Shown here: positions 1 through 14,413 of the stretch, one piece after another
Layout of the letters: each line of letters starts with the position of its first letter
Numbering within the stretch: the first letter of the stretch is position 1
DNA from: Eledone cirrhosa
Lineage: Eukaryota
Direction of reading: 5' to 3'
Assembly (NCBI GenBank): GCA_964016885.1
Contig: OZ024742.1
Location: 326,616,001-326,680,000, forward strand
Length of the DNA: 64,000 nt
Program-made: the position numbers and the translations under genes
The notes under the pieces: model-generated
Seen by the model: only the letters and a program-made list of their open reading frames with translations
Database searches by the model: none
What the model was told of the DNA's origin: nothing

Positions 1-172
1 CATACATAAATATATATTCATATATATATATTCATATATATATATATACATATATATATATACCTATATATCTATATATACATACATAAATATATATACA
101 TATATATATATACATATATATATACATATATATATATATATACATATATACATATATATATATTTACATATA

Positions 173-759
173 TGGTGGCTGCCAACTCGTTTTCGAGTAC
201 GGCCACTACTTTATATCCATGTAGGAGAACCTCTACCGATGCGCTGAACAAGTGTGACTTTTTAGTCCAGCCAGCGTCTTAAAAACTCTGGTACAAACAC
301 TACACTTGTGACAATTATTGACACATAGTGCTGGGCCCATGGTACCATGTGACGACAAGTGCAGAGAGATCTCCAGATATAAAGCAATGCCTGTGCCGTG
401 AAGCTTTTATAGTGAGCAAAGGCACTGCACAAAGCCAGTCCCACTCTCTTAACCAAGATGATATTTACCAAAAAGAAGAACAAGTCAACATCATTGGATA
501 CCATCAGGGTTGCAGGTGTTATATCAGAATTTTCCTTCTCCTAGAATTCTGCCTTGACAAAGGCTAAGGGGTCATCTCTCCCGGTGATTTTGGATGGCCA
601 TTGACTCTTAAGAGCTCCTTTGCCCTTTGACAGGTTTTGTTTTAAGTCCTGCAGGATGTCCAAAGTCACCCTCCTCACCAAGAAACCTTGGTGGGGTTGC
701 CAGTTTAGTCGCCAACGACACGACCATGAGACAGGTTGTACTGGGATACATGTTACCAG
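173..759 (-). mobile_element. Non-autonomous RTE-LINE-derived element (~590 bp, family R), copy 1
   Basis: Near-identical to 7449-8062, 8094-8702, 10168-10577 and 37129-37737. The minus strand ends in ...CTCGAAAACGAGTTGGCAGCCACCA plus microsatellite. It retains a C2H2 remnant resembling the RTE C-terminus at 9439. Confidence 0.75.
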
Positions 760-767
760 ATATATAT

Positions 768-812
<45 letters not shown>

Positions 813-981
813 TATAATTTATGTGGAAAGTCATGTACAAATATATTTGCGTTTGTTCTCAGGAGATATACAGGTATGTATAAATTGATAGCGAGGTCTA
901 AAGATGAATTTTTTGTGCAGGTATGCGTGTTTGTATGTATATGAATGCGTATTTATAGAGATTTGTATATGAATGTATGTC

Positions 982-1019
<38 letters not shown>

Positions 1020-1141
1020 TAATATATAAGAACAAAAGATGGTTAAAGGAGTTCCATGTATTTTATTATGCTTTATATATGTATATATATATATGTATAT
1101 ATATGTATATATATTTATGTATGTATATATAGATATATACG

Positions 1142-1203
<62 letters not shown>

Positions 1204-1941
1204 CGTGAGTATATATATATATTATAGGAGAGAGGTTAACGATTAAGATCAGTAAGCTCATTCAACTTCGTAATTTATACTTTAAACTATTTTATATGTA
1301 TATGTGTGTCTGTGTGCGTGCGTCAGTGTATGTATATGTGTGTGTGTATCTGTGGGTGTCGGTGTCTGTGTCAGTGTGTGTGTGTGTGTGTGTGTGTCAG
1401 TGTCTGTGTGACAGTGTGTGTGTATGTGTATCTGTGTGTGTCAGTGTCTGTGTCAGTGTGTGTGTATGTGTGCGTCAGTGTGTGTGTATGTGTGTGTGTA
1501 AGTGTATCTGTGTGTGTCAGTGTGTGTGTGTAAGTGTATCTGTGTGTGTCAGTGTGTGTGTATGTGTATGCGAATGGGTGTGTGTGCATGTATGTCACTG
1601 TACATTGTCTCTACATATATTTGTCTGCCTGTGTACGATGTCTGTATGGTTATATTTCAGCTTACCTAAAAAATATCAAAACATTTCTATCTCTACGATA
1701 GTATGTTGTTATCAACTGGAACATGTAAGTGGTAGTATCATTTAAACTTCTTTTCCATGGTATTGATTTTTTGCAATAATCCTATAAATCATTTTGACGT
1801 TGACATTATCTTATCAATGTATTTTAACTATGTTATAAAAAGTGAGGAAATTGGTGCTTTATAAGCATAGAGTTTTCACCTGAGTCCATCACTAGTACGG
1901 TAGGGCTTCCTGCAGGAAATGGTAAAAAAGTGAAAAAAGAT

Positions 1942-1975
<34 letters not shown>

Positions 1976-2000
1976 GTGTGTGTATATATATGTATGTACG

Positions 2001-2096
<96 letters not shown>

Positions 2097-2234
2097 ACAC
2101 GGGTGTGTATGATTGTGTATAGAAGATTATATTAATAAAAGGAATTCCAACTTTGTCTGATTTACTCGTTTTATATATATATATATGATTTACTCGTATA
2201 TATATATATATATGATTTACTCGTATATATACAG

Positions 2235-2371
<137 letters not shown>

Positions 2372-2435
2372 CGTAAAATAAGAAAATATTTTTTTTTTTT
2401 AATTTTTAAAAAGTGTTTTACTTACTTAAATTTTC

Positions 2436-2517
2436 ACTCCAACTAATTAGTTTCTGCAATGGGATAAAGACAGTTACGTAATCCAACTGTCGAGAATTCA
2501 TTGCGTCATCAGGGAGT
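2436..2517 (-). ncRNA. Type I hammerhead ribozyme (family A)
   Basis: Reverse complement of 2882-2963. Confidence 0.85.
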
Positions 2518-2881
2518 CTATTCTCAGTTAAGTCTCCAGGCAATGCGCGGACACTGGCGGCTCATATAAAAATAATAATAATTCGGTAGATCGAACAGCT
2601 TGCGAGGACTGGATTCTATGTACCGAAATTCTCACTGCTTCAAGTCAAATGGCCGATTCTAAAGATTCAATCACGTGACACAGAGGCTAGTTAGAAGGAA
2701 TGGGATGGTAAGATGACTGACGCCTACTAACACCCCAAAAAAAAAGTTTTTTTAGAAGTGGTTTTGGCAAGTTTGCTCGACAAATCAGTGTCCTCGCAAG
2801 CTGTTCGATCTACCGAATTATTATTATTTTTATATGAGCCGCCAGTGTCCGCGCATTGCCTGGAGACTTAACTGAGAATAG

Positions 2882-2963
2882 ACTCCCTGATGACGCAATG
2901 AATTCTCGACAGTTGGATTACGTAACTGTCTTTATCCCATTGCAGAAACTAATTAGTTGGAGT
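2882..2963 (+). ncRNA. Type I hammerhead ribozyme (family A)
   Basis: Stem I ACTCC/GGAGT; core CTGATGA; stem II GCAATG/CATTGC with inner hairpin GACAGTT/AACTGTC; GAAA; palindromic stem III ACTAATTAGT; GTT cleavage triplet. Confidence 0.9.
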
Positions 2964-3133
2964 GAAAATTTAAGTAAGTAAAAAATTTTTTAAAAATTTT
3001 TTTAAAAAAATATTTTCTTATTTTACGTCTTTTATATTATTGTTCTGCATTCTCCTGCATTGAACCACCTAGGTACTATGACATAACCTGTGTATTTGCT
3101 AGCATGGGCGTGCATCTGTGCGCTTATGTTAGT

Positions 3134-3212
<79 letters not shown>

Positions 3213-3217
<5 letters not shown>

Positions 3218-3364
3218 GTACATTAACGGAGCCATAGACTCTCGTCATTCCCTGTAAATAGTGTGCTCAAAGGAGAGGAAATTCTGAGCTCTTTAAAATA
3301 CAATATGTTGAAAAGGTAACACACTAGAGAGTGATACAGCACGCTTGTGTGTCACCTTTTCAAC

Positions 3365-3372
<8 letters not shown>
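3213..3372. mobile_element. Fragment of the ~540 bp HHR element at 16273-16818, spanning its end-to-start junction
   Basis: 3213-3300 matches 16733-16818 and runs straight into sequence matching 16273-16325. It ends in a short fold-back. Confidence 0.75.
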
Positions 3373-3419
<47 letters not shown>

Positions 3420-3441
3420 ATGTACACACACACACACACAA

Positions 3442-3483
<42 letters not shown>

Positions 3484-3556
3484 ACGGGTGTGTATATTAT
3501 ATATATGTATACACATACACATATTATACATATATATGTATACACACACACACTCG

Positions 3557-3620
<64 letters not shown>

Positions 3621-3636
3621 CAGACAGACATACAAG

Positions 3637-4000
3637 GATGAAAAACTACATGCTTATCAGCAAAAAATCATGCATGAAGGTGTTGCAAGGAGGCTCTAAA
3701 GTGAGAGTAATATAGATAAGCAAAGTAGTCTATCAATAATTGCTATATTGGCTCCCACCGTGAAGGATATGCTTTTGCAATCTAGAACAGGAAATCTATG
3801 CAAAATACCTGATTCACAAAAAAGATAGGAGTGCAGGCAAAATACCTAGATGTGACAACAAATGTAGACTCTGATGAATTAGCATCGATGTCATCCATGT
3901 CGTAAGCAGTTGTCCAAAGATATCATCACGGTACTATTTACCTATGGGGCATGATGCAGTGGCTAAAACACTGTATAATGCAATCCGTAGAAAATACACA
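3637..4000 (+). pseudogene. Degraded RLE-type (R4/Dong-like) LINE fragment
   Basis: Frameshifted similarity to 6620-7380 (LEQEI, DNKCRL, SSRYYLPMGHDAVAKTLYNAIR). Confidence 0.6.
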
Positions 4001-4340
4001 TATTAAATAGTGTCAATAATCAATGACTTAAAATTAGCTTAAATAGAGCTACAATGATGACAACAGTATGAAAATTCTGTCTCTTATAACATGCTGCAGG
4101 CTGTTGCGATATCTGCAGAATCTGCTAGAAATAGGTGTAAATAAAAAGAGATTTTGTCGAAAATTACGCAAATTGTGATGAGCAGGCCCAATCCTTTGAT
4201 CCGAAGCCTTCAGATTGAATCGGGCAGTGAGATGAGGGTTCCCCTGTACATAATTTTGAAAGAATATGCATGGTGATTGAACTTTACTTTGAAGTAATCT
4301 GTTGATGTTACTTCCACACCAGCCGGCCCCTGGCGTGGAA

Positions 4341-4850
4341 ACAAAAGATGAATCAAAACATATCAAATATGTTTAGAATTTTGTGTTTCTCAATAAGTAA
4401 GCTAAATAGACTTTATCTAGAGCCATAATAACCAAATTAAAATATGTATGTTTCTATATAGAACGAAAGAGCCATCCATATATTGTAAAAGAAACACGGT
4501 ATATTGTATATATACCAAATACATATTCTATAGAAGAATATATATACAGGTGGAATCATAAACAAAACATTATAGCGCTATTTCATACCTGGAGAGTATG
4601 GCTAAAAATCGCTCTATGTAATCGCCCATCGAAAGAAATCAATATATTAGATCATCGAAGACAAACTATCGAACCACATGAGACTCAGGTACTCTTCAGA
4701 GATTTAGTCTCACCATTCTAAGGGAAATATAGAATGAAGATGTTAAATAAATCAATATACCTGGAAATATTCACAGCTAAGTATATTGAGCTTACTTATT
4801 GAGAAAAACAAAATTTTAAACATATTTGATATGTTTTGATTCATCATTTG
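4341..4850. repeat. Fold-back element with ~70 bp inverted arms
   Basis: 4341-4413 is the reverse complement of 4779-4850. A degenerate minus-strand CTGAAGA...GATAG HHR-like remnant lies near 4650-4705. Confidence 0.6.
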
Positions 4851-4970
4851 TATTTAATGGCTGCAAACCTCTTAACTTGTTGAGTTCGGTGGCTATAATC
4901 ACCATTCCTATTTCAGCATGGTGGTCGCGTTGGACATAGCTGTGAATATATATACATACATACATACATG

Positions 4971-5609
4971 ATGGCTTCCCCCTCGTTATCGAGTATGGCC
5001 ATTGCACGATATACCATTATTAATAATTATTAATTAATTCTATCGTGGAATGCCTGTGCGTGAAGATATTTTTTAAAGTGAGTAAAGACAGTACACTGAG
5101 CCAATCCCACTCTCTGAGGGACAGTAGCTATAACCCGAAAAAGAAAGATCAACATCATCGGTAACTACTGAGCCGCAGGTTTTATAGCGGAGTTATTCCA
5201 GTTTCCTGAGTTGCCTTCTCCTAGAAGAATACCCTAACAAAGGCTAGGGGTTCTTCACTCCCAGTGGTTTAACCGCGCGATCGGGTGTCCAGCCCGACTA
5301 TTTCTATGTCCCCGCGCGATCGGGTCTCCAGCCCGAATATTTTTATGTCCCCGCGCATATACATACACATGCACCCATGAATATACACATACATGTGTAT
5401 ATACATATTTACACACTTTTGGATGGCCGTTGACTCTTGTGAGTTCTTCCGCCCTTTGTCAGGTTCTGTTTTTTGTCCTGCAGGGTGTCCTAAATCACCC
5501 TCCTCACCAAGTAAATTTGGTGGGGTTGCCGGTTTAGTCGCCGACGACCCGACCATGAGACAGATGTACTGGGTTACATGTTACCAGTAGCACTCAAGAG
5601 TGACCCGAC
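4971..5609 (-). mobile_element. Diverged relative of family R (RTE-derived non-autonomous element)
   Basis: Shares 5' block (CCTCCTCACCAAG...GTTACCAGTAGCAC) and 3' tail with family R, in a (TACA)n context. Confidence 0.65.
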
Positions 5610-5694
5610 ATAACATACAAACATACATATATACATACATACATACACGCATACATACAAATATACATAGATACATATATATTCATACGTACAT

Positions 5695-6190
5695 GAACGC
5701 ACATTCCGTTTGATCTTCTCGTGCTCTATGCGTCTGTCCTCAAAATTATGGACCCCCAACATTCACCATTCCACACCAAGTTTCTCTTTCAAGAGCTTCT
5801 ATCTCCCAGTCAGCCATCATCAAACCAGTTTTTTTCAATAGGTCCTTTACACTATCTATGAAACGGAGCCTTGGTCTGTGAGGTGGTCTCTTACCTTTAC
5901 AAATATCGTCATACAAAAGTGTTTTCGGGATTCGACCATCCTCCATTCTGCAGAGGTGTCCGGTCCATCGCAAACGTAGTTGGTGGATGATACTTTCAAT
6001 GTCATTGTATCGATGTTTAAAAGTGGTTTTTCTGTGTATGTAAGGGACGTCATTGCACGAAATTCCTTTTCATCAGTCTTCTTCAGACTGATTGTCAGAC
6101 CCAAAGCACAGCTTGCGTTTGAAAAAGAATCCATAAAATGTTGCCTGTCGCTCTGGGAGTGTGCACAGAGATCACAATCATCTGCATACA
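5695..6190 (-). pseudogene. RTE-clade LINE reverse transcriptase fragment (internally deleted)
   Basis: ALYADDCDLCAHS...GLTISLKKT and RWTGHLCRMEDGRIPKTLLY...GKRPPHRPRLRF motifs, typical of RTE/BovB-type RT. Confidence 0.85.
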
Positions 6191-6619
6191 GTGCTACTGG
6201 TAACATGTAATCCAGTACAACCTGTCTCGTGGTGGGTCGTCGGTGACTAAACTGGCAACACCACCAAGCTTGTTTGGTGAGGAGGGTGATATTTGGACGC
6301 CCTGCGGGATGAAATACAAGACCCGGAGAAGGGCGGAGGAACTCAGCAAAGTCAACGGTCATCCATATAGTACTTTTTTTCCACCTGGGAGTGAAAGGCC
6401 CCCAGTTGTTGTCACAAAACCTTTCTAGAAGAAGGAAACTCTTAAAAAACAAACCTGTGGCTTCGGAAGAATCCGATGATGTTGACCAGTCCTCCATTTC
6501 GGGTAGTGTTTTCGATGTTCAGAGAGTGGGTTTGGACATACATACATACATACATACATACATACATACATACATACATACATACATACATACATACATA
6601 CATACATACATACATACAT

Positions 6620-7380
6620 GGAGTTCCGACAAGTTTATGATATCACACCTCTATGAAATACAGGAACAAGAACTCCTTACCAAATGTCTGCTGCACAAAA
6701 GGGGAGGGCCATCAGCTGACAATAAATGTAGGCTATGTAAAACAAAGATCGAGGATGTAAGCCACATTGTTGCCAGCTGCGAAAGAATGTCATCTCGCTA
6801 CTACCTCCCCATGAGACACGATGGGATAGCTAGAACCATCTGGAACGCACTTCGGAAAACAAAATTAGCAACAAACGAGGAAGAATATATTAAGACAGAT
6901 GGCACTAAGGAATACTGGTGGAACCGGAAAATAAAAACTGACACCAAATTAAAGCACAACCGGCCTGATATTGCTGTTTGGGACCACACATTGAAAACGT
7001 GTTCTGTTGTGGAGATCAGCTGCCCACTTGATGTAAACGTTGTGAGAAAAATACAGAAGGAGGACATATACGGACCATTATATGAGGAGTTTACAAATCC
7101 AGTATCCAAGATACACCTTTAGCTTCATACCCATCATTATTGGAGCTACGCGTTAAATACCAACCAGCTTGGACTAAAGTATGACTGAACTTGGATTTGC
7201 GGACAAAGAGCGCAGCTCCCTAATTCATAGTCTACAAATGGCTGCGATAGCTAGCACCTTCAAAATTTGCAAAACATTCTTGCGATTCAAGGGATGACAA
7301 TTTCTTTTCTTTTACAACCTTGCCACCAGGAAGGTGGCCGGTCAAAAAAATATACTCGAAATTAAGAGAAAGAGATAACA
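6620..7380 (+). pseudogene. 3' part of an RLE-type non-LTR retrotransposon (R4/Dong-like)
   Basis: CCHC knuckle CRLC..EDVSHIVASC, RHD motif, RPDIAVWD..VVEISCP..K PD-(D/E)xK endonuclease. Flanked by (TACA)n. Confidence 0.85.
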
Positions 7381-7448
7381 TACATACATACATACATACA
7401 TACATACATACATACATACATACATACATACATACATACATACATACA

Positions 7449-8702
7449 TGGTGGCTGCCAACTCGTTTTCTAATACGGCCACTACTTTATATCCATGTAG
7501 GAGAACCCCTACCGATGCGCTGAACGAGTGTGACATTTTAGTCCAGCCAGCGACTTGAAAACTCTGGTACAAACACTACACTTGTGACAATTATTGACAC
7601 ATAGTGCTGGGCCCATGGTACCATGTGACGACAAGTGCAGAGAGATCAGAGATTTCCAGATATAAATCAATGCCTGTGCCGTGAAGCTTTTATAGTAAGC
7701 AAAGGCACTGCACAAAGCCAGTCCCACTCTCTTAACCAAGATGATATTTACCAAAAAGAAGAACGAGTCAACATCATTGGATAGCATCAGGGTTGCAGGT
7801 GTTATATCAGAGTTTTCCTTCTCCTAGAATTCTGCCTTGACAAAGGCTCAGGGGTCATCTCTCCCAGTGATTTGGGATGGCCATTGACTCTTAAGAGCTC
7901 CTTTGCCCTTTGACAGGTTTTGTTTTAAGTCCTGCAGGATGTCCAAAGTCACCCTCCTCACCAAGAAACCTTGGTGGGGTTGCCAGTTTAGTCGCCAACG
8001 ACCCGACCATGAGAAAGGTTGTACTGGGATACATGTTACCAGTAGCACCAACTGGTGACCTAACATACATATATACATACATACATACATATATGGTGGC
8101 TGCCGACTCGTTTTCGAGTACGGCCACTACTTTATATCCATGTAGGAAAACGCCTACCGATGCGCTGAACGGATGTGACTTTTTAGTCCAGCCAGCATAT
8201 TGAAAACTCTGATACAAACACTACACTTGTGACAATTATTGACACATAGTGCTGGGCCCATGGTACCATGTGAGGACAAGTGCAAAGAGATCTCCAGATA
8301 TAAAGCAATGCCTGTGCCGTGAAGCTTTTATAGTGAGCAAAGGCACTGCACAAAGCCAGTCCCACTCTCTTAACCAAGATGATATTTACCAAAAAGAAGA
8401 ACAAGTCAACATCATTGGATACCATCAGGATTGCAGGTGTTATATCAGAGTTTTCCTTCTCCTAGAATTCTGCCTTGACAAAGGCTAAGGGGTCATCTCT
8501 CCCGGTGATTTTGGATGGCCATTGACTCTTAAGAGCTCCTTTGCCCTTTGACAGGTTTTGTTTTTAGTCCTGCGGGATGTCCAAATTCACCCTCCTCACC
8601 AAGAAACCTTGGTGGGGTTGCCACTTTAGTCGCCAACGTCCCGACCATGAGACAGGTTGTACTGGGATACGTGTTACCAGTAGCCCCAACTGGTGACCTG
8701 AC
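7449..8702 (-). mobile_element. Two tandem family R copies (7449-8062, 8094-8702)
   Basis: Direct repeats separated by a short (TACA)-like tract. Confidence 0.8.
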
Positions 8703-8714
8703 ACAATACATATA

Positions 8715-8850
8715 TACATACATATATACATACATACTGCAGATACTCCACCCAGATTATACCTTCAGATTTATGCCTGTGATTATTGGGGCACTGGGAT
8801 ATGTTAGTAACTGCCTCGATACAAATCTTGAGAAGCTAGGCTTCACATGA
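8715..8850 (+). pseudogene. Short RLE-LINE C-terminal fragment
   Basis: LQILHPDYTFRFMPVIIGALGYV..LEKLGF, homologous to the region after 7090. Confidence 0.6.
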
Positions 8851-9438
8851 ACAGAAAGAACATACACATCCACACATACAATAATATCCATACCTACACA
8901 TGCATATATGCAGACATACATATCTACCTAGTTAATGTTGTGTAAATTCTAATGAGAGAGTCTTGTAACTATGCTAGAAACCGACTCTCTTTCTATTGGC
9001 AAAGATTTGTGAAATTATAAAACCAGAAGAACATACATACATACATACATACATACATACATACATACATACATACATACATACATACATACATACATAC
9101 ATGATGATGGCTGCCCCCTCGTTATCGAGTATGGCCATTGCACGATGAAAAAAAAAATTAATAAATAAATAAAAAATGAAATTAAAATAAAAAATAAAAA
9201 GAAATATATATATATATAAACACATATATATATATGTATATATATATACATACACACATACATACACATATACACACACACACATATACACACACAGATA
9301 CATTAATAACAATAATAATAATAATAATAACAACAATAATAATAACGACAACAACAATAATAATATACATATACATATATATATACACATACACGCACAC
9401 ACATAAGCATATCTATACACACACACACACGATAGCAA

Positions 9439-10100
9439 CTAACAGCGCTGCGATCGAAAGTGGCTTTTTAGCCCAGCCAATGACCTAAAATGTCTTGCAC
9501 AGAGTCGGCAACCAAAACATTCACTGGGAATAGTCGGCTGTGGTTGGAGTTCGTGTACTTTTGCATGTCGCTTGAGCCCTCCTGCTGATTTACATTCTCT
9601 ACCACATGTTTGGCAAGCATGATGAGTAGCATCTCCAACAGCAGCCTGGTAGTCAACCACTGGTCTTACTTTATGACTGCGAAGATGACTTTCGAGTCCA
9701 GCTTTGCTTAGGCAGAGTCTCGCACAGACGCTGCATGTCAGCACCATAGGAGGACCCTCGCCGTCTGGAAGTGCAACAGCAATGCCCTTTCTCACATCCC
9801 GCTTTACTTTCTCGTATGCGATTAGAGGTGCCTCAAAGGCAACTTTTCCCTCATATACAGTCTTTCTCCATTTATTACGATCAGCAGCAATATTTTCCCA
9901 TGTATCAGCAGAGATGTTAGCGTCTTTCAGAGAGGCTTTCAAGGAATCCTTATACCTCTTTTTTGGTTTATGTGGCGGTCGTTTTCCTTTAACCAACTCT
10001 CTATAAAAGAGTTGTTTTGGTATTCCAGAATCCTTCATCCTGGCAAGGTGACCACTCCAACGGAGTCGTTGCTTAAGCACAAGAGCTTCTATACTGTCAC
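9439..10100 (-). pseudogene. 5'-truncated RTE-clade LINE C-terminus with three C2H2 zinc fingers
   Basis: LRWSGHLARMKDSGIPKQLFY..GKRPPHKPKKRYKD, then CSVC..H..H, CQTC..H..H and CRLC..H. A matching 3' tail lies at 9105-9146. Confidence 0.85.
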
Positions 10101-10167
10101 ACATACATACATACATACATACATACATACATACATACATACATACATACATACATACATACATACA

Positions 10168-10577
10168 TGGTGGCTGCCAACTCGTTTTCGAGTACGGCCA
10201 CTACTTTATATCCATGTAGGAGAACCCCTACCGATGCGCTGAACGAGTGTGACTTTTTAGTCCAGCCAGCGACTTGAAAACTCTGGTACAAACACTACAC
10301 TTGTGACAATTATTGACACATAGTGCTTTACCTTTGGTACCATGTGACGACAAGTGCAGAGAGATCTCCAGATACAAAGCAATGCCTGTGCCGTGAAGCT
10401 TTTATAGTGAGCAAAGGCACTGCACAAAGCCAGTCCCACTCTCTTAACCAAGATGATATTTACCAAAAAGAAGAACAAGTCAACATCATTGGATACCATC
10501 AGGGTTGCAGGTGTTATATCAGAGTTTTCCTTCTCCTAGAATTCTGCCTTGACAAAGGCTAAGGGGTCATCTCTCCC
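10168..10577 (-). mobile_element. 5'-truncated family R copy
   Basis: Matches 173-582. Confidence 0.8.
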
Positions 10578-11272
10578 AGATACATCTCTCCCACATACAT
10601 ATATACATACATACATACATACATACATACATACATACATACATACATACATACATACATACATACATACATTCAGAAATAATGTCACACATGCATAAAT
10701 AAATACAAACATATATATACACAATAAACACAGTTACAAAAATAAACGTACTCACACACATATGCACTCACGTGAATAACTAAACACATGCATATATATA
10801 TAAACACAGGCTTGCTATCAATGTTTCCATTATGACACCTCGTAAAACTACTTGGCTTTTCCGGTCTGTGACATTCCTCATTAACGAAGCCTAAACCAAC
10901 AAAAATACCCACGTACACACGTACACCAACATACATACACACATACATACATACATACATACATACATACATACATACATACATACATACATACATACAT
11001 ACATACACACGTACACCAACATACATACACACACACACACATACATACATACATACATGCATACATATATACACACGTACACCAACATACATACATACAT
11101 ACATACATGCATATATACATACAAACGTACACTAACAAACATACATATGTACATACATACATACATAAATTCATACATAATTCGTCATTGCAATATATAC
11201 TGACAATATAGATTTACATGTATAAAAACAATAAACACACGTACAAACACACACACCCACTCGCCTATACGC

Positions 11273-11323
<51 letters not shown>

Positions 11324-11524
11324 ACACACACATATATATATATATATATCATCATCATCATCATCACCTTCCTAACACCAACCTCATTTACAGTGAGTGT
11401 TGGGTGATTTTTTTCTGTGACGCCTACACGACCGCTTTAGAGTGTAGACTGGGTGCTTTTTTGCCGTGGCACCACCACGACCACTTTTCAGTGGGAGGGG
11501 TGGGGGCATATTGTCTATATATAT

Positions 11525-11910
11525 AATTGGTGTTGGATGCTTAAAGAGTCCGTATGCGGTAGGCTGTATGAGCACTCGATGCCCTCGTATAGCAGAGTAT
11601 GATATCACAGAAAAAAGAGAATCAGTGTTTTTATGAAAGGAATTTATTGGACATATTACAATTGTTTCTGGGGCGACCAGCTCGAGGAACGATCGATATG
11701 GTGATCAAACCTGACTCTGAAATTCTACGAAGCAGATTTTCCAATAGTAAAATCTGCTTCGTAGAATCGAGACGTATCCGAGGACCGCGCGATTTCAGAA
11801 TCAGGTTTGATCACTATATCGATCGTGCCTCGAGCTAGTCGCCCGAAAAACAATTGTAATATGTCCAATAAATTCCTTTCGTCGCAACACTGATTCTCTT
11901 TTTTCTGTGT
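11525..11910. mobile_element. Fold-back HHR element, related to 19615-19850
   Basis: Arms ~11606-11722 and 11792-11909, with central hairpin TTCTACGAAGCAGATTTT/AAAATCTGCTTCGTAGAA. Degenerate + strand HHR at 11772-11864 (ACGTAT CCGAGGA...AACAATTGTA ATATGT). Confidence 0.65.
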
Positions 11911-11925
11911 ATATATATATATATA

Positions 11926-12026
<101 letters not shown>

Positions 12027-12095
12027 TATGAAGAGAGAAGAAACATTTAGATATAATTAGTAATAAAATGTATCATACCTAAACTGCTCCTAAAT

Positions 12096-12185
12096 TCCTC
12101 GACTACGTAGTTTCGTGGCATAAACAAAAACAATATATCATAAAGATATAGAGTCCCTGCGAGGTCTGCCGACTTATCAAGAGGA
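12096..12185 (-). ncRNA. Type I hammerhead, U3-A8 core variant (family B)
   Basis: Reverse complement of 12813-12900. Confidence 0.8.
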
Positions 12186-12812
12186 TACCTCATTTTACTA
12201 GTCTCAAGAACGCGTCTACACGACGTGAGAAAGAATCCCAAAAGGCGGAGGGGGAGATAGTCACGCGATATAACGGTCGAGAAACAGAGCTAAGCCTCTT
12301 ATAACCACGAAGAAAATACCACGGAGGCGGAGGGGGTATTCGTATCGAGGCCGCAGAAGAGGTGGCGAAGAAGGCTAGAAGTATGAGTAATGGAAGCTTT
12401 CCAGTTGTCCCCACACCTCAAAGATTGCTCGACCAGAGGGAGTTATTAACAACATATTTAGAAACACACAGATACATGCGGACACACACATATATACATG
12501 AATGCATCCGCACCCAACTGTGAGTTAAGGGTGCTTCTAAATATATTGTTAATAACTCCCTCTGGTCGAGCAATCTTTGAGGTGTGGGGACAACTGGAAA
12601 GCTTCCATTACTCATACTTCTAGCCTTCTTCGCCACCTCTTCTGCGGCCTCGATACGAATACCCCCTCCGCCTCCGTGGTATTTTCTTCGTGGTTATAAG
12701 AGGCTTAGCTCTGTTTCTCGACCGTTATATCGCGTGACTGTCTCCCCCTCCGCCTTTTGGGATTCTTTCTCACGTCGTGTAGACGCGTTCTTGAGACTAG
12801 TAAAATGAGGTA

Positions 12813-12900
12813 TCCTCTTGATAAGTCGGCAGACCTCGCAAGGACTCTATATCTTTGATATATTGTTTTTGTTTATGCCACGAAACTACGTAGTCGAGGA
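12813..12900 (+). ncRNA. Type I hammerhead, U3-A8 core variant (family B)
   Basis: Stem I TCCTC/GAGGA; core TTGATAA; stem II GT(C)GGCA/TGCCAC; GAAA; palindromic stem III ACTACGTAGT; GTC cleavage site. Confidence 0.85.
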
Positions 12901-13134
12901 ATTTAGGAACAGTTTAGGTATGATACATTTTATTACTAATTATATCTAAATGTTTCTTCTCTCTTCATAATGTATTTTTAACTCTGATACTGGTTCAGTC
13001 TGGTTCAAACTGAATTGGTCTGTCCCAGTCATTCATTGAGCAACATCGGTGAAGTTGGCACCCTTAACTCACAGTTGGGTGCGGATGCATTCATGTATAT
13101 ATGTGTGTGTCCGCATGTATCTGTGTGTTTCTAA

Positions 13135-13194
<60 letters not shown>

Positions 13195-13208
13195 ATATAT
13201 AGATATAG

Positions 13209-13420
<212 letters not shown>

Positions 13421-13470
13421 TTAAAATGTGTAGGGACGAGGTGTAAAGGTATCATCATTATGTTTATTCA

Positions 13471-13559
13471 GATGTGACGCACGTTTCCTAAATGATCAGC
13501 TCAAGGTAGGATCCATATGAATCAGGCCCGACTTTGGAACCAATAGCTCATCAGACACT
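13471..13559 (-). ncRNA. Probable hammerhead with long stem II, within island 13425-13780
   Basis: GTGT CTGATGA GCTA...TAG GAAAC GTGC GTC ACAT. The base of stem II is imperfect. Confidence 0.55.
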
Positions 13560-13782
13560 TGGTTTCACTAATGACGGGAGATATCCCTGAACACCCTTAA
13601 ATGGGCAGTTCTCATTCATCTAAGGTGTTCTGTTGTTCTTTGGTTTGATTGGTTGGTTTGAGGGAGAATAGAGTAGAGAAGAGACGGGAAGAAGTAGAAA
13701 AGGGAGGACAAGAGATAAAAAGAGAAATAAAGGAGAGGAGCGAGGGAGGAAAGGAAAGAAAATAAACAGAATGGAACTAAGG

Positions 13783-14413
<631 letters not shown>

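Noticed and set aside
262-944. Recurrent 79-105 aa ORFs (MVSNDVDL.., MTGFVLSP..)
   Set aside because: Chance frames within repeat family R, running into microsatellites.
10814-10886. Minus-strand ATGAGGA...GAAACATTGA hammerhead-like motif
   Set aside because: Core and cleavage triplet are both mutated; too degenerate to call.
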